Shown here in pieces: positions 14,869 through 20,000 of a stretch of 20,000 nt of DNA (positions are counted from its first letter, which is position 1; every line of letters begins with the position of its first letter). The notes under the pieces are model-generated. The model was not told where the DNA came from and did not search any database. It saw only the letters and a program-made list of their open reading frames with translations. A program made the position numbers and the translations under genes. The stretch is from an uncultured virus (IMG/VR IMGVR_UViG_3300025736_000017) (lineage: Duplodnaviria > Heunggongvirae > Uroviricota > Caudoviricetes). Location: IMG/VR virus record IMGVR_UViG_3300025736_000017; one strand, written 5' to 3'.

Positions 14869-15378
14869 TGTACTTATTAATACGGATATTATTGAGACTT
14901 CCCTTTTCATTTTTTGCGAATTATTCTTAAATTTCAAGATTTTTTGCTGGGAATATTTTGAGGGGAGGTATCCGCTATCCAGAGAATTTAATGTTTTTTA
15001 AACGAGGGGGAATGAGGGATTGAGAGAAAATTCTTCGTATAACTCTGTCTGGGAGGTATATGCTAGTATCTGTGAAAAAACGTCAGATGAAGCTACCGAG
15101 GGGATGGGGGTAGGCCGGGGGACACTTTTTACACACAAAAGAGAACGCCAGCGGGTCAACCTTTTCAGGTGCCAGCGGGCATTCTCTATACGTCTCATTA
15201 TATAATCATGTACTTAAGAATATATGTGGGGTAAGGTAGCTAAGTCATCCTCTGTCCTTTCATTAATACTAGTTTAATTCATTCTCTCTAAATTAATGTG
15301 TCTTAGTCTATCGTCTCATGTTGCTATCCCTTTCATCTTTATTGTGATTGTTTTCTTAATCGGGGAAAGCGGTGAAAT

Positions 15379-15921
15379 TTATGCGTATGTTTTTGTTTGT
15401 GTATCGTAGAATCGAATTGATTTTTTACATATTCCGCATCGCCAATGGTTAGCTTTCAATACGTTTTTCCCTTTGCGATGCTTTGTATAGACTTTTCCGC
15501 AATCGCAAACAGCCTTATATCGTCCTTCGGGCATCTTGGCGGTTTTGGTATAGGTATTACCGTTACAGCCTATTTCAATAGCTTTCTTACGCCATACAGC
15601 ATCATGTCCATGTACAGGTCCGACGAGGAAATGTGCGATTTCATGTAGTATTGTTTCGCGTATTTCGTTTTCATCGTTCAGATCGACAAGGTATCGAGAC
15701 AGTTTGATACCTACGCATATTGCATTTTTGAGTCTTTCTTTTCTGTTTGGGCGTCTATATCCTAAGATATCATTGACTATATCTAAGGTTGGATTTGCTT
15801 TTGCTTTGAAGCTACATACGCCGAGTTGTCTTTTACCTCCGCTAATAATGAGAGGTACATCATTTGCTCCATGTTCGTCCATTAGTTTTCTTGCGAGTTG
15901 TTTTGCATCTGATAGTTTCAT
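15379..15921 (-). CDS. SprT-like zinc metalloprotease
   Basis: HEIAH (HExxH), HGHDAVWR, and a C-terminal CDC...CGIC Zn ribbon. Confidence 0.88.
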   Translation of the reverse strand: MKLSDAKQLARKLMDEHGANDVPLIISGGKRQLGVCSFKAKANPTLDIVNDILGYRRPNRKERLKNAICVGIKLSRYLVDLNDENEIRETILHEIAHFLVGPVHGHDAVWRKKAIEIGCNGNTYTKTAKMPEGRYKAVCDCGKVYTKHRKGKNVLKANHWRCGICKKSIRFYDTQTKTYA

Positions 15922-15987
15922 TGTATTACCCTTTCGAGTATATTATGATTCTTTTCTTTTTCGGGAAAAACTCTTTCAGAGCGGATT

Positions 15988-16353
15988 TTATTCAATTTTT
16001 TGCGGAAGATCTCTCGCTTTTTCCAAGACATGTTCCAAGAAGTCATTATCTGCTAAGAAGTTTTCTGGTACGTCGATTGAATCTCCATCGTTCCCGGTTC
16101 CGAAGAGGAACATATCGCCAACGATTACATCTGCGGGCATCAATCCGATTTCGAGTTTTCGGCAAAGAAACGTAGCCATAAAATTGACTTCTTTACCTTT
16201 GAGTTTTCCTTCTTCGTCAATATAGGCATGAACTTTTGGGGTAAGCTGTAGAGCTTCGATATATCCTCCGACTGCTGATTGTATGCTATCGAGACCTGGT
16301 TCTATTTCGATTGTTTCGATTGTTCCGTCTGTTCTGATTGCGATTGTTTTCAT
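15988..16353 (-). CDS. DUF3846-like protein
   Basis: LDSIQSAVGGYIE, IDEEGKLKG..VN..AT and IVGD motifs. Confidence 0.8.
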   Translation of the reverse strand: MKTIAIRTDGTIETIEIEPGLDSIQSAVGGYIEALQLTPKVHAYIDEEGKLKGKEVNFMATFLCRKLEIGLMPADVIVGDMFLFGTGNDGDSIDVPENFLADNDFLEHVLEKARDLPQKIE

Positions 16354-16401
16354 TGTATTACCCTTTCGAGTATATTATGTTTGCATTTTTAATCGGGAAA
16401 G

Positions 16402-16548
16402 CTAGTTTTTTTTATTGCTTTTGTACCATAATCTTGCTAGTTCTCTTACTCTTGTACATCCATTTCTATCATTTGTTGACTGGTGTTTCCTTACGAAGTC
16501 GAATACATTTTGATTTTCTTTTGCGAGTTGTCTTAGAATTGTCGTCAT
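16402..16548 (-). CDS. Small hypothetical protein (48 aa)
   Basis: MTTILRQLAKENQNVFDFVRKHQSTNDRNGCTRVRELARLWYKSNKKN*. It sits between two promoter repeats and is not in the ORF track. Confidence 0.7.
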   Translation of the reverse strand: MTTILRQLAKENQNVFDFVRKHQSTNDRNGCTRVRELARLWYKSNKKN

Positions 16549-16590
16549 GTTATACCCTTTCGAGTATATTATGATTAGTTAATTAATCGG

Positions 16591-16700
16591 GGGAACGGCG
16601 GGAATGGGCTTCAATGTCTTTTGGACTCCACCCATTCCCAACTTTTAATTTAGCAGCGTTGCCAGAGCGACCCGGCGGTATTCTAAACTAAAATGTTCCC
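16591..16700 (-). ncRNA. Candidate structured small RNA (three-way junction)
   Basis: A promoter repeat with no ATG at the usual position. The GGGAAC/GTTCCC closing stem encloses two long hairpins. Confidence 0.7.
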
Positions 16701-16740
16701 TTTTCGAGTATATTATGATTGTATTCTCTTTTCGGGAAAA

Positions 16741-16968
16741 TTATGAAACGGGTTTTAAGTCAAGCTCTTCAATATTTGACAGATACCCATTAAATAGCCA
16801 AGGGACATTATTCGTTCCAGCTTCATCCATAGCTATTTCTTCGCTATCTTTACAGTCTGTACAAAGTACCCAAGCCTGATCTGAGTTGAAAAGTGAACTA
16901 TGGTTTCTAACCATACCGGGTTTGAATGGAATTCCGCAAGAAACGCAATGATTATCTATGTTTTTCAT
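16741..16968 (-). CDS. Small Zn-finger-like protein
   Basis: CVSC...CTDC; it has its own promoter repeat. Confidence 0.75.
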   Translation of the reverse strand: MKNIDNHCVSCGIPFKPGMVRNHSSLFNSDQAWVLCTDCKDSEEIAMDEAGTNNVPWLFNGYLSNIEELDLKPVS

Positions 16969-17036
16969 TGTTATACCCTTTCAACTATATTGTAGTTGTT
17001 TTATTTTTCGGGATTTTTAAACTTTGGAGCGGAAAA

Positions 17037-17429
17037 TTAGTCCATTCTGGAATTTGCGTAAGCTTTGATATTTCCTTGATCTCTAAGGATTTTAGCGAAT
17101 GCATTTGCATAAGCCATTTTTTTAGTCATTGATTGACCGAAATCTCTGACCCATACGCATAATCCTTTTGGGTAATCTTTGCTTGCTAAGCCATTCTTTT
17201 TTGTCCAGCGGCCCCAGGGCGTATTTCCTGCGAAGTGTACCCAGGCGAAGCCGCAGACCCCTCCATCGACCTTGTAGATTTCCTTATTCGGGTCGATATC
17301 GTTACCTAACGGAGTTGTTGGTGATCCGACATACATTGGTTTTGGTATAATATGGTTTCCGGCATCCATACCGTTTTTATGGGCTTTGTCGAATAGTTCT
17401 TGAAATCGCTTGTTTTGCGTTGCGTTCAT
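17037..17429 (-). CDS. Conserved phage hypothetical protein (CGFAWV family)
   Basis: CGFAWV, QSMTKKMAYANAFA and terminal SRMD motifs, recalled from phage hypothetical proteins. It has its own promoter repeat. Confidence 0.8.
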   Translation of the reverse strand: MNATQNKRFQELFDKAHKNGMDAGNHIIPKPMYVGSPTTPLGNDIDPNKEIYKVDGGVCGFAWVHFAGNTPWGRWTKKNGLASKDYPKGLCVWVRDFGQSMTKKMAYANAFAKILRDQGNIKAYANSRMD

Positions 17430-17451
17430 TGTATGCTACCTTTCAACTATA

Positions 17452-17658
17452 TTATGATTTGTTAATTAATCGGGAAAAGTGATTTTCAGCGAGAGCGATG
17501 CCAGCGTTAGTAATTGCAATGCCTACGGAGCAATTTTCATCATGTCCATCCTTCACATTTCCATCGCATACCTGGCAACAATGACATGAGAGATTATCAT
17601 CCCAAACCCATTCTATGTCTTTTATCGCTTTTAGCAATTCTCTGGTAATTATTTCCAT
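17452..17658 (-). CDS. Small Zn-binding protein
   Basis: CQVC...GH...C. Its 3' end overlaps the next promoter repeat. Confidence 0.75.
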   Translation of the reverse strand: MEIITRELLKAIKDIEWVWDDNLSCHCCQVCDGNVKDGHDENCSVGIAITNAGIALAENHFSRLINKS

Positions 17659-17724
17659 TGTTATACCCTTTCAACTATATTATGATTTGTTTTATTTTCG
17701 GGGGAAAGTTTAAACTTTGAAGCG

Positions 17725-17887
17725 AAAAAAAGATGCCAGCAGGATAATTGTCTCCATACTGTCATCTTTGGGTAATGTCCTAGCTACAAGCTAAGACTAA
17801 CAATTCTATGGTTACGGTTAGAGAAAGAAGAGACTTTCTTACGATTCGGCTGAAAACTTCTGTCGTCAATCCCATTTGCTTGAATCC
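17725..17887 (-). ncRNA. Candidate small RNA or 31-aa peptide transcript with its own terminator
   Basis: Promoter repeat at ~17886-17921, hairpin at 17777-17797, and a long hairpin plus U7 at 17725-17769. An alternative ORF runs 17780-17875. Confidence 0.45.
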
Positions 17888-17925
17888 TTTCAAGTATATT
17901 GTGATTGTTTAATTAATCGGGTGAA

Positions 17926-18087
17926 TTAATATTCGCCTTTTGTTTTCCAAGCTCTACGTTTTGTCTTTGAGCATTTTCGTTTTTTACTGGTATCTGCTAC
18001 TCTGGGCCGGAATCTGGCTTCTGATAGTACCGCAGCGAGTAAGTCTTTTGGTACGTTATGTTTTTTGATTTTCTTATTCTTTGCCAT
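17926..18087 (-). CDS. Small basic protein, ArfA-like (53 aa)
   Basis: MAKNKKIKKHNVPKDLLAAVLSEARFRPRVADTSKKRKCSKTKRRAWKTKGEY*. It has its own promoter repeat and is not in the ORF track. Confidence 0.7.
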   Translation of the reverse strand: MAKNKKIKKHNVPKDLLAAVLSEARFRPRVADTSKKRKCSKTKRRAWKTKGEY

Positions 18088-18135
18088 ATTATACCCTTTC
18101 AAGTATATTATGGCTTTATCCTTTTTCGGGAATTG

Positions 18136-18318
18136 TTAAAATTCGATATCGGAGGCGTCGATACTGCTATTGTAATGGTTGAGTATTTCTTCTTTTTTCC
18201 CAACTGTTACCATAAAATTTTCTGATATTCCATGAGTATCGCCTTCTATGTCAACCCATAAAGTAGCTTTATATTTTTCTAGCAACTTTTTGAGTTCTCT
18301 CTTAAAATCTTCTAACAT
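18136..18318 (-). CDS. Small hypothetical protein
   Basis: The start is reassigned to ATG 18318 (MLEDFKREL) because the annotated 18333 start lies inside the promoter repeat. Confidence 0.75.
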   Translation of the reverse strand: MLEDFKRELKKLLEKYKATLWVDIEGDTHGISENFMVTVGKKEEILNHYNSSIDASDIEF

Positions 18319-18363
18319 GTTATACCCTTTCAACTCTATTGCGAATGATTTGTTAATCGGGTT

Positions 18364-18594
18364 TTATTTACTCTGAACAAGTTTTTTTGCTTTTTTGTCG
18401 AATTTGTTTTTGCCATAAGTTACAGCGTCAGTCTGTTTTTGGTAGGTTTGTCCGAAGAGTTGAACGATTCCGGTTTTTTCTCCGCCAAGCCGGAAGCCTG
18501 TTTTCTGTGAGCCAGTAACTCTCAGGGCGAATGTTCCGGACAGTATACCGTTTCGGGTTGAGCGATGATTGTGTTTGCTATTGCTGATTTTCAT
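18364..18594 (-). CDS. Small basic hypothetical protein
   Basis: 76 aa, with a promoter repeat and AAAGG RBS upstream. Confidence 0.75.
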   Translation of the reverse strand: MKISNSKHNHRSTRNGILSGTFALRVTGSQKTGFRLGGEKTGIVQLFGQTYQKQTDAVTYGKNKFDKKAKKLVQSK

Positions 18595-18656
18595 TGTTTT
18601 GCCTTTCTAAAGTAGGTTTCTTTCAACTCTATTGCGAATGATTTGTTTTTCGGGAT

Positions 18657-18797
18657 TTAATCCTTAAAAAACGCATAGTACAAATTGATAAGGTCAACTG
18701 TATACAGTTTGCACAATGATTCCATTGAACCCGTTAAACCTTCGATTCGTTCTAATATCCAACTTCGAGCCATATATTCTTGTTCTTTTGTTCCCAT
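18657..18797 (-). CDS. Small hypothetical protein (46 aa)
   Basis: MGTKEQEYMARSWILERIEGLTGSMESLCKLYTVDLINLYYAFFKD*. It fills the space between two repeats and is not in the ORF track. Confidence 0.7.
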   Translation of the reverse strand: MGTKEQEYMARSWILERIEGLTGSMESLCKLYTVDLINLYYAFFKD

Positions 18798-18880
18798 TGT
18801 ATTACCCTTTCAACTATATTATGATTCTTTTCTTTTTCGGGAAAAATTTCTACGAAACGGAAAAATTAAGAGTAGCTAAG

Positions 18881-18904
18881 AAAAAAGCCATATTTCTATG
18901 GCTT
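18881..18904 (-). terminator. Rho-independent terminator
   Basis: AAGCCATA-GAAA-TATGGCTT hairpin running into a T6 tract on the minus strand. Confidence 0.7.
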
Positions 18905-18931
18905 CAATCTTTCGGCAAGCAAAACAATGAT

Positions 18932-19546
18932 TTAGTTAACGATTTGATATCGTTGTTTGTTGATTGTCATATGCGTTATATCGTCAAGATTCCATACTTG
19001 GAATTTTAGCGGAGTGTCAAGCCCTTGATTCGCGTAGTCGCTACGCTTGGCGAGATAAGGCTTTACATCTTCGGTCTCGATTTTCGTACCGTTGGCGGTA
19101 TGGTATCGAACGTTATTCGATGCGTTAAGCATGAAACGAAGATAACATTGTCGCGGATCGCTTTTTTTGCGACATAGCGGCGTCAATGTTCCATCGGCTC
19201 GGATAACAGGCTCATGCCAAGATTCGCCTTTTTTGAAATCATCGGCGGTTTTTCCTTCTTTTGCGAGTCTACGCAATACGCCTTTGTCATAATGAAAATT
19301 GATCATTCCGTTTGCGTCTTGCGTCTTGAAACAACCGCCCCAATACGGGTTTGCTTCTTTTGTTTCGCGGTTTTTCTTTACCATTTTTCCGCTTTTGCTC
19401 ATTGTCGAGCAATGAGTAAAGCTGATAATCGTTGCTCCGCGTTCTTGCATAAGCAATTCGACCATTTGCGTTGTCGTGATCAGCTTGACGGTTTTGACTT
19501 CTACTGTCTTTTTCGCTTCGGGTTTTGTTTTGACTGTTACATTCAT
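18932..19546 (-). CDS. Hypothetical protein
   Basis: The likely start is ATG 19546 (MNVTVKTK) with an AAAGG RBS. The annotated 19579 start lies inside the promoter repeat. Confidence 0.8.
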   Translation of the reverse strand: MNVTVKTKPEAKKTVEVKTVKLITTTQMVELLMQERGATIISFTHCSTMSKSGKMVKKNRETKEANPYWGGCFKTQDANGMINFHYDKGVLRRLAKEGKTADDFKKGESWHEPVIRADGTLTPLCRKKSDPRQCYLRFMLNASNNVRYHTANGTKIETEDVKPYLAKRSDYANQGLDTPLKFQVWNLDDITHMTINKQRYQIVN

Positions 19547-19610
19547 TGTTTTTGCCTTTCGTTGTTTGCTTGCCTTCAACTCTATTGTAACAATAAAAAA
19601 GATCGGGAAT

Positions 19611-19793
19611 TTAGCGGGCAGCGGCGAACATCGCTATTTCGTGGATCATCTCATTATTTGCCCCAATACGATTTACTATATGATCCGTCCCGTTCTCGCA
19701 AAACGGTATAGTTTGACGCAAAGACTCAGTTTCTTCTTTAATCGCTCGTATCAGCATTTTACCCAAACAATCTATTTCATTTTTTACTGCCAT
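19611..19793 (-). CDS. Small hypothetical protein
   Basis: 60 aa; the ATG is at the canonical position of a promoter repeat. Confidence 0.7.
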   Translation of the reverse strand: MAVKNEIDCLGKMLIRAIKEETESLRQTIPFCENGTDHIVNRIGANNEMIHEIAMFAAAR

Positions 19794-19828
19794 TGTTATA
19801 CCCTTTCAAGTATATTATGATTGTTTTT

Positions 19829-20000
19829 TTAATCGGGATCGCAGGCTCCGCATTTTGTACATTTTCCGACACGCCCGCTCGTAATTCTACGATTTTCGTT
19901 GATATCAACTATTCCGTTATGACATCCTGGAAAATCGCAAGGTACATAAGCTTCTATTCCTAATCCATGCGATTGTCGTCCTGCTATGTCTCTAAGAATT
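19829..20000 (-). CDS. 3' part of a Cys-rich hypothetical protein
   Basis: Open frame ...ILRDIAGRQSHGLGIEAYVPCDFPGCHNG...KCTKCGACDPD*. Its stop lies inside the next promoter repeat. Confidence 0.6.
   Translation of the reverse strand, partial: ILRDIAGRQSHGLGIEAYVPCDFPGCHNGIVDINENRRITSGRVGKCTKCGACDPD

Larger units (their letters stand above)
15317..19838 (-). repeat. Dispersed array of 15 ~45-bp promoter+RBS repeats
   Basis: Consensus CCCGAW-N17-TATA(C/G)T-YGAAAGGGTATAACAATG. The plus-strand cggg starts near 15361, 15962, 16394, 16588, 16733, 17009, 17471, 17699, 17918, 18127, 18358, 18651, 18838, 19604 and 19834. Confidence 0.92.

Noticed and set aside
14998..15205. ORFs 14998-15198 (-) and 15020-15205 (+)
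   Set aside because: No RBS or promoter repeat, atypical composition, and they overlap G-run non-coding-like sequence.
16591..16700. tRNA gene
   Set aside because: It has only two arms, no T-loop or D-loop consensus, and no CCA end.
15445..19820. Plus-strand ORFs sharing a 'LYYPFEYIM/YPFNYI' peptide
   Set aside because: The shared peptide is only the translated reverse complement of the promoter repeat.
15317..19838. CRISPR array or integron attC array
   Set aside because: The spacers are roughly 150-770 bp and mostly coding. The repeats are degenerate, non-palindromic and have promoter/RBS anatomy. No cas gene or integrase is in the window.
1..20000. Genome-wide stop-codon reassignment
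   Set aside because: Long genes are intact in code 11, and TAG (4865, 16402), TGA and TAA all end genes at sensible positions.

Overview
This AT-rich window, with almost all genes on the minus strand, looks like part of a large (jumbo-type) bacteriophage genome. That is an inference from the gene content, because no hallmark virion or replication gene is present. Left part (1-14.9 kb): a vWA gene and a neighbouring conserved hypothetical gene, a non-autonomous IS200/IS605 tnpB element with readable ends (2780-4140), an N4BP2-like P-loop kinase, a 1436-aa metallophosphoesterase/2xLamG protein, and a PEP-CTERM-like protein. It also has about 11 genes whose products, several of them otherwise unrelated, all begin with the same 8-aa tag, M-N-W-Y-K-x-A/S-Q; six of them form one paralog family. 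Right part (15.3-20 kb): an array of 15 copies of a ~45-bp promoter-plus-RBS cassette (CCCGAW-N17-TATAST-YGAAAGGGTATAACAATG). Most copies drive one small gene, including an ArfA-like peptide. One copy drives a clearly structured ~110-nt non-coding RNA, one a second candidate RNA, and one a 3-codon minigene.
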